Shown here: positions 10,678 through 21,310 of the stretch, one piece after another | Layout of the letters: every line of letters begins with the position of its first letter | Position numbering within the stretch: position 1 is the stretch's first letter | Source: Giardia intestinalis | Taxonomy: Eukaryota | Direction: 5' to 3' (one strand) | Assembly: GCA_000002435.2 (NCBI GenBank) | Contig: CM018789.1 | Length of the DNA stretch: 64,000 nucleotides | Notes under the pieces: model-generated | The model's input: only the letters and a program-made list of their open reading frames with translations | Database searches by the model: none | What the model was told of the DNA's origin: nothing | Translations under genes and position numbers: made by a program

Positions 10678-13600
10678 TTAGTCCTTCTTCCACTTAGAAA
10701 TGTCTGAGACCGTCCCAACGGCACCAATGGCATTGTATGCCTCGCGAGAGTTATCCGCTATGCTATTCGGACTAACAACTGTCGGGCTTGTTATCACTGG
10801 GCTGCGAACAGCACGCTCTAGAGCATCTAGCTTGCGTTTCAGAACATCGTTGTTTATGTTCATCCCATTCACCTTGTCCTTCTCATTGGCCAGGCTAACC
10901 TCCAAGTCTCTGAGCTTGCTGGTAAGATCAACTATCTGAGATTTGCTGAGGCTGTCATCGGGAAGCGACATTGAGCTTGTTCCGTATTTTTCGTTTAGAC
11001 TCTTGAGGTGTTCCGAATAGGAAGCATTGAGATCATCAAGATCAGTTATTGCCTGAGACATTTCAACGACCGCGCGACGCTTCTTGACGTCTGAGTTGAT
11101 CATCTCCGCCATTAAACGCTTGTTATCCTCCTCAAGCTCGCGAACCTTGCGAGACAGATCATCAATAGATGAAACATCGGCGAGGAAGACTGCCGAGTCT
11201 GGATTGGCAATGCCGTTTTCATCGCAAAACTTTCGGAGCTTAGTATGGAGGATGTCACGCTCCTTGATCGCCGTGTTGTACTGAACCTTGAGCTTTTCGC
11301 ATTCGTTTTCTGCATCCTGAAGACGCTTTATTGTTGCCGTGATATCACTTGGAATCCTCGCCAGTTCTTCATTTTTCTTGGAAAGCTCGTCCTTTAAAGC
11401 CGCAAGACTGCTCTCCAATTCGCTTACTTGATCGCGCAACGACTGGACAGCCTTAGCATCGGCGCTACCACCAGCTAGAGATTCCTCAAGAGACTTTCGC
11501 AGATTCTCTACCTCAAGTTCTTTGACCCGGAGCTTCTCAAGGAGAAGCTTATCATGCTGGGATGCGTCGACAGCATCCTCCTTTAGGCGCTGGATCTGGT
11601 CTTCACTATTTGCAAGCGCGGCTTGCATATCCGCGATGATCTTGCGAAGCTTGTTGTTCTCATCTTCCCTGATTCCCTGCTTCTCAAGAGAGTCTTGGAG
11701 CAGCACGCGCAGGCGCTCAATTTCGAGATCCTTATTCTTGAGAAGAGACTTATATTCGTTGGTTTGCTGTCTCACGCTTATGAGGTCCTTCGGAAGTGCG
11801 TCGCGGTTCTTGACAATCTCAGCCAGATCTCTCTGATGAGCCTCAGCCTCATTCAAAAGCCTAGCATATTCTTCCGGACTTTTGGTTGGTTGATCAATCA
11901 GCTTAAGCTCTCTCTGGAGGCGAACGATGTCATCGGTAAGAGAAGCAAGGAGAGCCTCCTTGCGAGCACGCTCCTCCGGTGTCATCTCTGTCTCTGGGTC
12001 AGAAAGCGCAGTCTCAGCCTCTTTATGTTGCTCCCTGAGCTTCGCCAGTAGTCCATACTTTTTATAAAGTTCAACCTCGTCAGGCGAGAGACCGTCAAAG
12101 TGCTTTTTGAGTCTAGAATTCTCATCTTCCAAAGCTCTGTAATGATCCTCACGTGTGCTGTTAGCATCCGTACGAAGGCTTTCGATCATGGCCTCACGCT
12201 CACGGAGTGCTTGGCGCATGGTATCAAGCTCCTCTCGCTTTTCAATCACATCTGCCTTGAGCTGTTCAAGATCCTTGCCCATAGCGGAGATCAGCTCGTC
12301 TTTCTTCTTGGTCTCTGCATTGCCATCATCGAGTTTCTTCTTTAGAGCTGCCACCTCCAGTTCATGCTTCTTCAATAAATCGCCGTGCAGTTCATCCATG
12401 GCATGGGCGCCAGCTTCACTGGTTGAAAGTACAGAGTTAGCTGTCGAGTTGGTGAGCGCATCCCGCAGGCTCTTCTCCACGCCACTCTTTGCGATAGACG
12501 CCTCCCTCAGGTGAGTAAATGAACGTTCTTGGTGCATAATCGCTTCGGCAAGGCGCTCCACCTCTTCTTCACGCAAGTCAAGATCCTCCTTCAGCATTTC
12601 AACCTCCATCTCCAGCTCTGCGATACGAAGAATAAGTTCTGCATTAGATCCTTGGTTGGCGTTGCTGATCTTCTTGAGAACTTCCTCGTCATCTCCAACC
12701 TCTGCTTCAACGGGTCGTTCACTGGCCACAATGTCTCCAGAATCTGCAAAAGCCAACTTATCCTTAAGCTCCTCTATTATATCATCTTTGTCTAAGAGCT
12801 CTTTGTTCAGGTCCTTTATTTCCTGAGTCTTTTCAATGACGTGTGCCTTAAGGACATCAATATCCGAGCGTAATGCATTAATCAAATCATCATTAGCGGG
12901 TGCAGCCTCTGCAAACGTAGCAGGCACAGTACCTTGCGTAGCAAGTTGCTCTTTGGTCTTAAAAAGTTCCTCCTTAAGGTCGTTCAGCTCCTCCTCTGTA
13001 GTTCGAAGCTGCTGCTTGAGAGCTGCTTGATCAGCTGTGGAATCATTGCTGCGCAGCCTCTCTATCTCAGCTTCCTTCTCCTTAATCATATTTTGGAGGA
13101 ACATATTATGTGTATTGAGGGCCTCCTTGTCCTTCTCCAAGGCATGGATCCGGCCAGAACCGTCATCGGGCAAATACTTCACCTCATTCAAAGCATCGTC
13201 CAACTTCTGTTGCAGATCATCCAGTTCTCTGTCCTTGTCGCGAATAATATCCTCAAGCTTTACAATAGTGCTCCTAAGGACATTGATGTCCTGAATCTCT
13301 CCTTCGTACATGGCCACGCTCGTGGTGGAGGCTTCCACTGCATCTCCGGTCTTGTTGAGCCGAAGATTGAGTTGCTGGATGGCATCATCACGGGCCTCAA
13401 CAAGCCTCTCAAGGGCGGAGATTCTCTTTACATAAGTCTCTACCTCCTCACGAAGTCTTCGAGTATCCTCACCGTCTGTAAAAGGCTGAGCATTTTGAGC
13501 TGCCTGAAGTGCACGAGTCAGATCTATGACATCCTTTTCCTTCTGAGCGAGCTTTTCCTCGAGGTCCTGGACTGTTGCCTCAAGTGTTCTAAGTCTGTCG

Positions 13601-15540
13601 TCCTCTTCGTAATCAACGAGACCTCGGAGCTTGTCTGCTTCGTCACGTTTGTTTCTGAGCTCTCTCTTGAGTGCATCCACCTCTGCAAGGAGATCCACTT
13701 CGCGCGTGGAGTCCACCACCTGACCTTGCGCGGACAATAAGCTACGGAGCTCCGATATCTGTTCTTCCCTCGCACGGAGTTCTGCACGAAGGTTCTTTAC
13801 TTGAGCCGAGTCATCATCTCTCACCTCAGCAAGCACCCTATTAAGTTCCTCTAGGAGCCTGTTGTATTCCGTTTCGCTTTCAGCAAGCTTTCTGTCCATA
13901 TTTGCTATCTCAATGCCTCTAGAGATAACCAGGGCTCGAAGCCTATCGAGCTCTTCTCTCAAAGCGTCCTCTGCACTGCCACTCTCGGCAACTTTAGCAA
14001 GCATGCTTCGGAGACTCTCATTTTCAGTTCTAAGAGCATCCGCCTCTGCGGCGTCGCAAGCAGCGTGCAGGGCGTCCTGGAGACGGGCAATCTCTGCCTC
14101 CTGGGCTTTAACAGTCTTCTTGAGTTCGTCAATCTCACGTTCCCTCTCAGCAAGGTCTCTACGTAACTGCTCCTCAACTTCCCTAGATGGCGTCGTGCTG
14201 TTAAGAATCTCTAGCTGCTCTTCACTCTCCTTAAGTCGCTCCTTAGTGCGCGCAAGCTCCTCCTCTAATTCTGCAACACGCCGGCTGTTTTCCTGTTCAG
14301 ATGTATTCAAAAGACTACGGAGTTGGACTATCTCCTCATCGCGCTTAGCATACTCGGCAATCGTTGCCTCCTGCTCTTTAGCGTTTGTCACGAGCTCCCT
14401 AAGGCGCTCATTCTCACTCTCTAGATCCCTAACTCGCGTATCAGCGTCTTTCACCACTTTTTCACGGAGACTGTTGAGTTCGGCCTGTGCGGCAGCCAGA
14501 TCTGCTTCTAACTTCTGAACCGTGGCATCCTTAAGAGTTGCTGAGGATGATAAGCCTGACAGCTCAAGATTATTGCGCATGCTCTCGTTGGTGTTCGCAA
14601 GACGCGAGGTGTCTCGAAGAGCAGACGAAGTCGCCATACTATCCTCTACCGTCGCATGGAGAGAGTCTATCTTCTCCTTGTACTCACTGAGCGTCTGCTT
14701 GAGGCGCTTTATCTGGTCTTGAAGAGCGACATTATCGCTGTAAATAGAGGAGGACTCCTCATGCAACGTGACCAGCTTCTGCTCCAGAGCGAGGATTTTG
14801 GCTTCGAGGTCTTTTTCAAGCTGCGTCTTGGAAGCGTTACTAAACACAGGCCCGCCCGGTGAAGTTGCATTACGAAACATGTCAATGGCTTGCAGGCTAG
14901 AGGCAAGATCGCCACCTATCTGTATACTCCCATTCAGGCTCATATTTGACAGGTTCTGTAGGGACTGAGACGTGATTCCAGGAAGCGTATTAGACTCAAA
15001 TTGCCTAAGATAGTTTGCGACGTCAGCATACCCTGCATTTGCAGCAAGAATTAGCGCTGTTTCGTTATTGTGAGACACTATCTCTCTCTCCCTAATAGCC
15101 AGATACTTCACGACGTCGAGGTGCCCCGCCTCCGCCGCATACATCAAGGCAGTTCGGCCACGATTATCCTGTATGGTCTTCTGATATGGCAAAAGATAGA
15201 TTATAGCGTCCATGCAACTGTGCTTTGCAGCCAGCATCAAGGGGGTTCGCCCCTCTGGATCTCTACTAGCCATCTCGTATGATATCAGACGCTTACAGAT
15301 TTCGCCCTGATTAGAGAGTGCTGCCATCATTATTGCCGTCTGTCCATCGGAGTCCGTCATTGAGTGTTCTGTATAAGCAAGAATCTTGACCATATCGACG
15401 TCGCGGTTAGCCACTGCATGCATTAGCCCTGTGCGCCCATCTTTATCCGTGGACCGACCATATTTCTGCAGATTGCTTTTGACAAGCTCGTGGCTTCTGC
15501 CATCTATGGCTGCAAACCAGTCATCCTTGGACTCAAGCAT
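10678..15540 (-). CDS. ankyrin-repeat + long coiled-coil protein (1620 aa), Giardia 21.1/coiled-coil class; paralog 1 of a tandem array
   Basis: ATG verified at 15538-15540 (minus). The N-terminal ~190 aa hold about 5 ankyrin repeats (DWFAAIDG…, GRTGLMHAV…, GQTAIMMAA…, GRTPLMLAA…, GRTALMYAA…, NETALILAA). The remainder is continuous heptad coiled-coil. Confidence 0.85.
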   Translation of the reverse strand: MLESKDDWFAAIDGRSHELVKSNLQKYGRSTDKDGRTGLMHAVANRDVDMVKILAYTEHSMTDSDGQTAIMMAALSNQGEICKRLISYEMASRDPEGRTPLMLAAKHSCMDAIIYLLPYQKTIQDNRGRTALMYAAEAGHLDVVKYLAIREREIVSHNNETALILAANAGYADVANYLRQFESNTLPGITSQSLQNLSNMSLNGSIQIGGDLASSLQAIDMFRNATSPGGPVFSNASKTQLEKDLEAKILALEQKLVTLHEESSSIYSDNVALQDQIKRLKQTLSEYKEKIDSLHATVEDSMATSSALRDTSRLANTNESMRNNLELSGLSSSATLKDATVQKLEADLAAAQAELNSLREKVVKDADTRVRDLESENERLRELVTNAKEQEATIAEYAKRDEEIVQLRSLLNTSEQENSRRVAELEEELARTKERLKESEEQLEILNSTTPSREVEEQLRRDLAEREREIDELKKTVKAQEAEIARLQDALHAACDAAEADALRTENESLRSMLAKVAESGSAEDALREELDRLRALVISRGIEIANMDRKLAESETEYNRLLEELNRVLAEVRDDDSAQVKNLRAELRAREEQISELRSLLSAQGQVVDSTREVDLLAEVDALKRELRNKRDEADKLRGLVDYEEDDRLRTLEATVQDLEEKLAQKEKDVIDLTRALQAAQNAQPFTDGEDTRRLREEVETYVKRISALERLVEARDDAIQQLNLRLNKTGDAVEASTTSVAMYEGEIQDINVLRSTIVKLEDIIRDKDRELDDLQQKLDDALNEVKYLPDDGSGRIHALEKDKEALNTHNMFLQNMIKEKEAEIERLRSNDSTADQAALKQQLRTTEEELNDLKEELFKTKEQLATQGTVPATFAEAAPANDDLINALRSDIDVLKAHVIEKTQEIKDLNKELLDKDDIIEELKDKLAFADSGDIVASERPVEAEVGDDEEVLKKISNANQGSNAELILRIAELEMEVEMLKEDLDLREEEVERLAEAIMHQERSFTHLREASIAKSGVEKSLRDALTNSTANSVLSTSEAGAHAMDELHGDLLKKHELEVAALKKKLDDGNAETKKKDELISAMGKDLEQLKADVIEKREELDTMRQALREREAMIESLRTDANSTREDHYRALEDENSRLKKHFDGLSPDEVELYKKYGLLAKLREQHKEAETALSDPETEMTPEERARKEALLASLTDDIVRLQRELKLIDQPTKSPEEYARLLNEAEAHQRDLAEIVKNRDALPKDLISVRQQTNEYKSLLKNKDLEIERLRVLLQDSLEKQGIREDENNKLRKIIADMQAALANSEDQIQRLKEDAVDASQHDKLLLEKLRVKELEVENLRKSLEESLAGGSADAKAVQSLRDQVSELESSLAALKDELSKKNEELARIPSDITATIKRLQDAENECEKLKVQYNTAIKERDILHTKLRKFCDENGIANPDSAVFLADVSSIDDLSRKVRELEEDNKRLMAEMINSDVKKRRAVVEMSQAITDLDDLNASYSEHLKSLNEKYGTSSMSLPDDSLSKSQIVDLTSKLRDLEVSLANEKDKVNGMNINNDVLKRKLDALERAVRSPVITSPTVVSPNSIADNSREAYNAIGAVGTVSDISKWKKD

Positions 15541-15715
15541 TCAGCACTGGCCCGTTTTATAAATTAAAATGACTTTAATGAATATTTTATGGATAGGCGG
15601 AAAAAGCATTTTTTTGATTTTCCGCAAGCGCCAGAAGGTGCAACCGGGGTGTATCCAAGCTTCAGAGTTCGTTTATTTACAAACAAAGTGGTAATAAGCC
15701 AACTACACAAAACAA

Positions 15716-18700
15716 TTAATGAATAACGGTTTGTAAGAATTGAGCACCAAACACCATACTTGCACCAACACACATTCCAGCAACAAAATTGATGCATCGG
15801 TCTGCTCTTTCCATGACGTCATCGGACTCGTTGACGCTTCGTGGTTTCTCCACATGATCAGAATACTCACTAGCAATCTTATCTGGGATTCTCTGAGATA
15901 ATTTGAGTGTCTCTGCCTGCTGGCGCTCAATCGCAAGCTCCTTAACTTTATCCTCTATCTGCCTTTTGAGGTCCTCCTTCACAGCATTGAGCTGGGAGTT
16001 CTCGGTTCTCAGCCCCTCCAGCTCCCTTGTTAGAGACGTGATAAGTTCTTCAGACTGAGCGCCCGCGGCAATCTGTTTGTTAAGTTGTTGATTTTCAGCT
16101 CGTAACTTCTCAATAACTTCACCGGTAGCTGAGAGCCTGTCCTGAAGAGAGGAAAGCTCCGCCTCCAACGGAGAAATTTGTGCGCCCAAGTTCTCTATAC
16201 GCTGCAGAGCGTCGGTTAGCTCACGTTCCTTCGCGTCTGCACGTTCATTGGCGTCCTTGAGCGCCTGCTCTAAATCAGAGATTCTAACATCGTCTGTGCC
16301 AGTTGCCAAAGAGGGCTCCTCCAAAACAGGAGCAGCAGGCAGAGGTAAATTCTTGGCAGAGCTGGTCTTCATGGCGTTAATTTGATCGTTGAGGATATTC
16401 TTTTCAGTCATTAGCGCCGTAATCTTATTGTTGAGCTTCTTAATGCGTCTTCTTTCAGAATCAAGCAACTCTCGAAGCTCATCCAATGACAGCTCACCTA
16501 GATTCTGGGTACTCCTAGAAGTAGACCTAGCTAGGCTTGGTATCGATGAGAGATCAGGATTAGAAGAGGCACTCTCAATCGTTTTCTCTTCCAGTTCAGC
16601 TTTCAATAAATCTATCTTTGAATTAGCCTCTTCTAATTCTAGGCACTTAGAGCTCAATTGATCCTTAAGGGTTGAAAGTTCATCATTCAACCTCGAAATA
16701 TCTGCGTCAGATGTTGATACTTGTGCATTGATAGCGTCCAGTGACTGCTCCAGATCAATAATAGTTTTGTTGAGTTTAGAAACCTCGTCACGTAGGCTAT
16801 CTCTTTCGGCTGTAACATGAGCCAAATCCTTTCGCAATTCCTCAGTGTCAACATCAGATTTCTTGTCTACTGTACTATCATCAATAAGACGACGTAACTC
16901 ATCAATCTCAGCAGTGCGCGCTTCTAACTCTGCAGTAAGGTCTTGAACTTGTGAGTCAGGGACCTCCTCCTCCAGTGCGCGAATGCGGGCCCTCGCCCCG
17001 GCGCACTCCTGCTCCAGGTCCTGGACGTCCTGGTCGCGCGCCGCAAGCCTGTCGCGGAGCTTGGCTATCTCCTTTTCGTGGCGGGCCGCCTCTTCCTTCA
17101 TGCGCTCCAGCAGGAACGACGAGTCGCCCAGCTCGCCCACGGTCCTCTGGAGGTCTGCGATCTCCTGGGTCTTGAATGCAGCCTCCTTCTGGAGAGCAGA
17201 GAGGCGCTCTTCGAGGGCGTAGACGCGCGCGTCGTCTCCGCTCGGGGCGCCCGACACAGATGCGCGCAAGTCGTCGTTGGCACTAGTCAGGCCGTCGATC
17301 TCTCTTTGGAGGGCGTGGATCTCGTGCGCCTGGAGGCGGTTGACGTTGTGGAGGTTCTTGACCTCGGCCTCGAAGAGGGCGACCTCCTCCTCGTGCTCTG
17401 CGCGATCAACAGTTGTCTCCGCAAGTAGCTTGATATCTCTTTCAAGATCTGCAACACGTTTGCAAAGTAGCTGACGCTCGTTTTCTAGAATGGTTCCGTC
17501 ACTAGGCAAAATAGTTGCGTTGCCTGATGGTTCTAGTGTAATCAGAGGAATCACATTATCTTCAGCGGCTTGATCACGTAGTTGTTGCAGTTCTAGTTCC
17601 CTAAGTTGAAGATTATCTTCTAACTCGGTAATACGTTTTAAGGAATCATCATTCGGATCCATAGGCTGACGAGCCTTGATATCCTCAATTTGTAATTCTA
17701 AATCTTTCAAATCTCTCCTTTTGTCCTTAATTTCATCATCCAATACCTGGATCAGTGCGCGGCGATTCTCCAAAGTTTCTTCTAAGTCCTGGGCTGATGG
17801 CAGTATCGAGCTCTCAATGTGGGCCTTCAATTCGGAAATTTCACCTCTAAGAAGAGCAATATCCTCATCTTTTCTTTGAAGAGTAAGCTGCATAGCAGTT
17901 AATTTTTCATTCAAAGAAGGACTATTGTTAGACAGTAAATCATCTAATTGATGTTGTAATGATGCTACCTCATCGCTCTTCAGCTTTAGCTGAGCCGAAT
18001 AATACTCATTAGACTGTATAAGCATTTGAATATCAGTCTCAGAATCCGCTGGTTGTTTGGTCGACGGTGAGAAATCACCTGCAGTGAACGAGTTCAATTG
18101 ACGTTCATATAGATCACATTTATTCTGTGATTCTTCTAAGGCTTCTGCAACACATGCTAATTCAAATTGGAGCTTGGCAATGTGATCCTCTAAAGAAGTA
18201 ATGAAATTGGATTGCTCAGCGGACAAAGAATCACGAGGTTCTTTTTCTTCAGAGAGAGATTTATCGTTAGAAATGTTGCTATTTAATTTGTCCTGCAGAT
18301 GTGCAACAGCGTCTTCCAGAGTCCGAATGCGAAGTTTCGCCTCAATGTTTTCTTGTTCCAACTCTTGGAAGTCTTGACTATGAGTAGTATCACGAGTAGA
18401 CCCGTCCTGTACGCTCTCCTGCAATTCCAGCAACCTATGATTAGCTTCATCAAGTTGTGCTCTAGTTTCTTTCAGTTTTTCCTCCAAAATCGCTATAGGA
18501 TAATCATCTTCTTTAGTGTCAAGTAAATCACGTAAACGATCAGCTTCCTCGCGTAGTCTTTCATTTTGGTCTTTTAGCGCATCTAGATCCCCCGTTTGTT
18601 TAAGTGAATTTATAGTAAGCAAGGCATTATCGAGAGTATACTCTAATTCAGCCTTCTCTGTTTTGAGACATTCAAGTTGATTCTTCAATTCTAAAAATTC

Positions 18701-21214
18701 AACCTCAGAAACATTGACAGCCAAAGGCTTATCTCGTGATTGACTAGTTGTCATAAGGTGAGATGCATCAGAATCTGTAGTATCAGATACTGCTTCTAGC
18801 GCGCGAATGCGGGCCCTCGCCCCGGCGCACTCCTGCTCCAGGTCCTGGACGTCCTGGTCGCGCGCCGCAAGCCTGTCGCGGAGCTTGGCTATCTCCTTTT
18901 CGTGGCGGGCCGCCTCTTCCTTCATGCGCTCCAGCAGGAACGACGAGTCGCCCAGCTCGCCCACGGTCCTCTGGAGGTCTGCGATCTCCTGGGTCTTGAA
19001 TGCAGCCTCCTTCTGGAGAGCAGAGAGGCGCTCTTCGAGGGCGTAGACGCGCGCGTCGTCTCCGCTCGGGGCGCCCGACACAGATGCGCGCAAGTCGTCG
19101 TTGGCACTAGTCAGGCCGTCGATCTCTCTTTGGAGGGCGTGGATCTCGTGCGCCTGGAGGCGGTTGACGTTGTGGAGGTTCTTGACCTCGGCCTCGAAGA
19201 GGGCGACCTCCTCCTCGTGCTCTGCGCGATCGGCAGCAGCAGCCAGAGACACTTCTCTGAGTTCTTTGAGCTCTTGCTCATATGCATTCTTAACATCATC
19301 AAGGTGTGATACACATCTATGAAGCTCTGCATTATCCGCTTCAAGGCATGAAATACGGTCATGCACCAGTTCAACTTGTGTAGTGAGTTCATTCTTTAGT
19401 GCATCTACCTCAGCCGTACGCGCTACAAGCTGGCTAAGCAACTCTTCGTTTCGGCTTTCAAGGGCTGCAATCCTGCCTTCATCACCAGCAGGCTCCCCAT
19501 TGACAGACTTTTGCAGGTCTTCATTTAGGGCCCTGCACTCATCAAGCTCCTCGGCAAGCTCCCGCAATTTGGACTTCTGGTCGTGAATTTGGTGGCGTAG
19601 TTCCTTAACTTCCTGTTCTTGAGCTTCTGCTTCTGCTTCAAGGATCTGGACGCGATTGCGAAGCATTTCGTTCTCCTCCTGGAGATTGTCTCTCTCAGCA
19701 GACAGGGCAGTAAGTAGTCCAGCAAGATTCTCTCTTTCTTCTGTCCACATGAACTTATCTGCATCATTAGACTGACTCTGCAATTTGCTTTCAAGGTCGT
19801 GAATGCGAACATTTGGGTCTGTCGGGCTTTGAGAGTGAGCCTCTTTAGTCATGCTATGCTCATCTGCTCCTGTTTCTATCTTATCTGATGGCGAAAATTG
19901 ATTATCAGCTGAACAAATCCGACCGCGCAACTCTTCAATGGTGGCGTTAAGCGTCTTGTAAGCATCAATCTGCTCAGAAAGCTGCTTCTTCAGATCATCA
20001 ATGATCCTATCCTTTTCCTCTACTTCCCTGGCAAGTCTCTCGGAAAGCTCAGATGAATCGTGAGCTGGAAGCGCAGCAATTTTCATTTTTAGTGCGGCAA
20101 TCTCATCATTCTTCTCCAAAGATTCTGTGGGTGCGCCAGGGGGATCGGGAGCAATCGATAGCTCTAGGGCGCCGTATCTCTGGCCAAAATCGGCTTGAGA
20201 CTCAGAAAGCATATTATTCGACTGCAAGTCGCGCAACGTCTGCGTCATGTCAGTCAACTCTTTTACCTGCTCCGCCGTATCTTGGTGGCATCTTCGCTCA
20301 TCATCGAGCTCCAATTTGAGCTCCTGATTGTGACGGAGAAGCTCCTGGATACGCTCATGAAGACGCTTGTTTTCCACTTGCAAATTAGCATTACGACTCA
20401 TAAGTTCGGATGCATCCTCATGAAGCTTTCCTATTCGTGTCTTCAGTTCCAAATTCATTGTGTTAAGTTCAGAAAGTGCAATGGCCTTTGTTGTCTCCAG
20501 GCGTTCAGAGAGGTCAGCCTGGCTCATAATCAAGTCAGAAGTGCTTGAATCCTGAGACGCAGTAGAGTGGTTGAGAAGATTCGACGGTACCAGTGAGGCA
20601 TCTAGATCTGTGCGGCGAGACATACTAAGGCGTGCGCTTTCAGATAGCATCGCCATTGTGTCCTCTTCTGATGATCGTAGAAACTCCACCACATCATGAT
20701 GGTGATGCATGATTGCAATAGAAAGGGCAGTCTCATGCTCCGAAGAGGAAAACTTACACTCGCGAGCGTGCAAGATTTCCACGATAGAAAGATCTCCGCG
20801 TGCGGCCGCATACATAAGAGCTGTGCGTCCACGACTATCTACTTTGGTGACGTAGTAAGGCATAAGGGCTTTTGCTGCATCCAGAGAGCCATTCTGTGCA
20901 GCAAGCATAAGAGGGGTGCGCCCATCTGGAAGGATCAGATGCGACTCCTTAGCTACCAGCGCACGGCAGCACCTGGCCTTATTAACGATCGCAGCGATCA
21001 TAAGAGCGGTAAGCCCATCAGAATTCGTAAACCCACTACCATTATGAAGCAGAACCTTTACAGCATCGTAATTGTCGCTACGAACAGCGCGCATAAGGGC
21101 AGTCTCTCCATTCTCATCACGCAGAGACGCACACTCGCTCGCCGCCGCACGAATAGTCGCTATGTCGCCCTGGTCGACCGCAGCAAACCATGTTCCCACG
21201 CTAGGCGGAGCCAT
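15716..21214 (-). CDS. ankyrin-repeat + long coiled-coil protein (~1832 aa from first ATG); paralog 2 of the tandem array, containing a perfect 433-bp internal direct repeat
   Basis: The ORF track starts at a TTG (21253); the first in-frame ATG is verified at 21212-21214 (MAPPSVGTWFAAVDQGD…). The ankyrin head is homologous to the two neighbours (…GRTPLMLAA…GRTALMYAA…), followed by a coiled-coil tail. Confidence 0.85.
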   Translation of the reverse strand: MAPPSVGTWFAAVDQGDIATIRAAASECASLRDENGETALMRAVRSDNYDAVKVLLHNGSGFTNSDGLTALMIAAIVNKARCCRALVAKESHLILPDGRTPLMLAAQNGSLDAAKALMPYYVTKVDSRGRTALMYAAARGDLSIVEILHARECKFSSSEHETALSIAIMHHHHDVVEFLRSSEEDTMAMLSESARLSMSRRTDLDASLVPSNLLNHSTASQDSSTSDLIMSQADLSERLETTKAIALSELNTMNLELKTRIGKLHEDASELMSRNANLQVENKRLHERIQELLRHNQELKLELDDERRCHQDTAEQVKELTDMTQTLRDLQSNNMLSESQADFGQRYGALELSIAPDPPGAPTESLEKNDEIAALKMKIAALPAHDSSELSERLAREVEEKDRIIDDLKKQLSEQIDAYKTLNATIEELRGRICSADNQFSPSDKIETGADEHSMTKEAHSQSPTDPNVRIHDLESKLQSQSNDADKFMWTEERENLAGLLTALSAERDNLQEENEMLRNRVQILEAEAEAQEQEVKELRHQIHDQKSKLRELAEELDECRALNEDLQKSVNGEPAGDEGRIAALESRNEELLSQLVARTAEVDALKNELTTQVELVHDRISCLEADNAELHRCVSHLDDVKNAYEQELKELREVSLAAAADRAEHEEEVALFEAEVKNLHNVNRLQAHEIHALQREIDGLTSANDDLRASVSGAPSGDDARVYALEERLSALQKEAAFKTQEIADLQRTVGELGDSSFLLERMKEEAARHEKEIAKLRDRLAARDQDVQDLEQECAGARARIRALEAVSDTTDSDASHLMTTSQSRDKPLAVNVSEVEFLELKNQLECLKTEKAELEYTLDNALLTINSLKQTGDLDALKDQNERLREEADRLRDLLDTKEDDYPIAILEEKLKETRAQLDEANHRLLELQESVQDGSTRDTTHSQDFQELEQENIEAKLRIRTLEDAVAHLQDKLNSNISNDKSLSEEKEPRDSLSAEQSNFITSLEDHIAKLQFELACVAEALEESQNKCDLYERQLNSFTAGDFSPSTKQPADSETDIQMLIQSNEYYSAQLKLKSDEVASLQHQLDDLLSNNSPSLNEKLTAMQLTLQRKDEDIALLRGEISELKAHIESSILPSAQDLEETLENRRALIQVLDDEIKDKRRDLKDLELQIEDIKARQPMDPNDDSLKRITELEDNLQLRELELQQLRDQAAEDNVIPLITLEPSGNATILPSDGTILENERQLLCKRVADLERDIKLLAETTVDRAEHEEEVALFEAEVKNLHNVNRLQAHEIHALQREIDGLTSANDDLRASVSGAPSGDDARVYALEERLSALQKEAAFKTQEIADLQRTVGELGDSSFLLERMKEEAARHEKEIAKLRDRLAARDQDVQDLEQECAGARARIRALEEEVPDSQVQDLTAELEARTAEIDELRRLIDDSTVDKKSDVDTEELRKDLAHVTAERDSLRDEVSKLNKTIIDLEQSLDAINAQVSTSDADISRLNDELSTLKDQLSSKCLELEEANSKIDLLKAELEEKTIESASSNPDLSSIPSLARSTSRSTQNLGELSLDELRELLDSERRRIKKLNNKITALMTEKNILNDQINAMKTSSAKNLPLPAAPVLEEPSLATGTDDVRISDLEQALKDANERADAKERELTDALQRIENLGAQISPLEAELSSLQDRLSATGEVIEKLRAENQQLNKQIAAGAQSEELITSLTRELEGLRTENSQLNAVKEDLKRQIEDKVKELAIERQQAETLKLSQRIPDKIASEYSDHVEKPRSVNESDDVMERADRCINFVAGMCVGASMVFGAQFLQTVIH
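16977..17409. repeat. direct repeat unit A (433 bp, GC-rich) inside CDS 15716-21214
   Basis: Nucleotide stretch gcgcgaatgcgggccctcgccccggcgcactcctgctccagg…ctctgcgcgatc is reproduced identically 1824 bp downstream. Three different reading-frame translations (16983-17222 = 18807-19046; 17098-17283 = 18922-19107; 17078-17408 = 18902-19232) are identical residue for residue. Confidence 0.9.
18801..19233. repeat. direct repeat unit B (433 bp), identical to 16977-17409
   Basis: Same as above. The offset of 1824 bp (608 codons) keeps the coding frame, so the encoded ~144-aa coiled-coil segment (…EHEEEVALFEAEVKNLHNVNRLQAHEIHALQREIDGL…ARARIRALE) occurs twice in the protein. Confidence 0.9.
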
Positions 21215-21310
21215 ATATTTACTGAAACACTCGCCCTTTAAAATGAAATTCAAACTTTATCATGACGGGTAACAGGGGCCCGCACGCAAAACGCAGAGTT
21301 CACTAGCGGC

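Noticed and set aside
12934-14518. 268-aa and 218-aa plus-strand ORFs inside paralog 1, and many 60-140-aa Ser/Arg-rich ORFs inside all coiled-coil genes
   Set aside because: They are antisense to, or frame-shifted within, well-supported long CDSs. Compositionally they are trivial (Ser/Leu/Arg repeats), with no independent start context.
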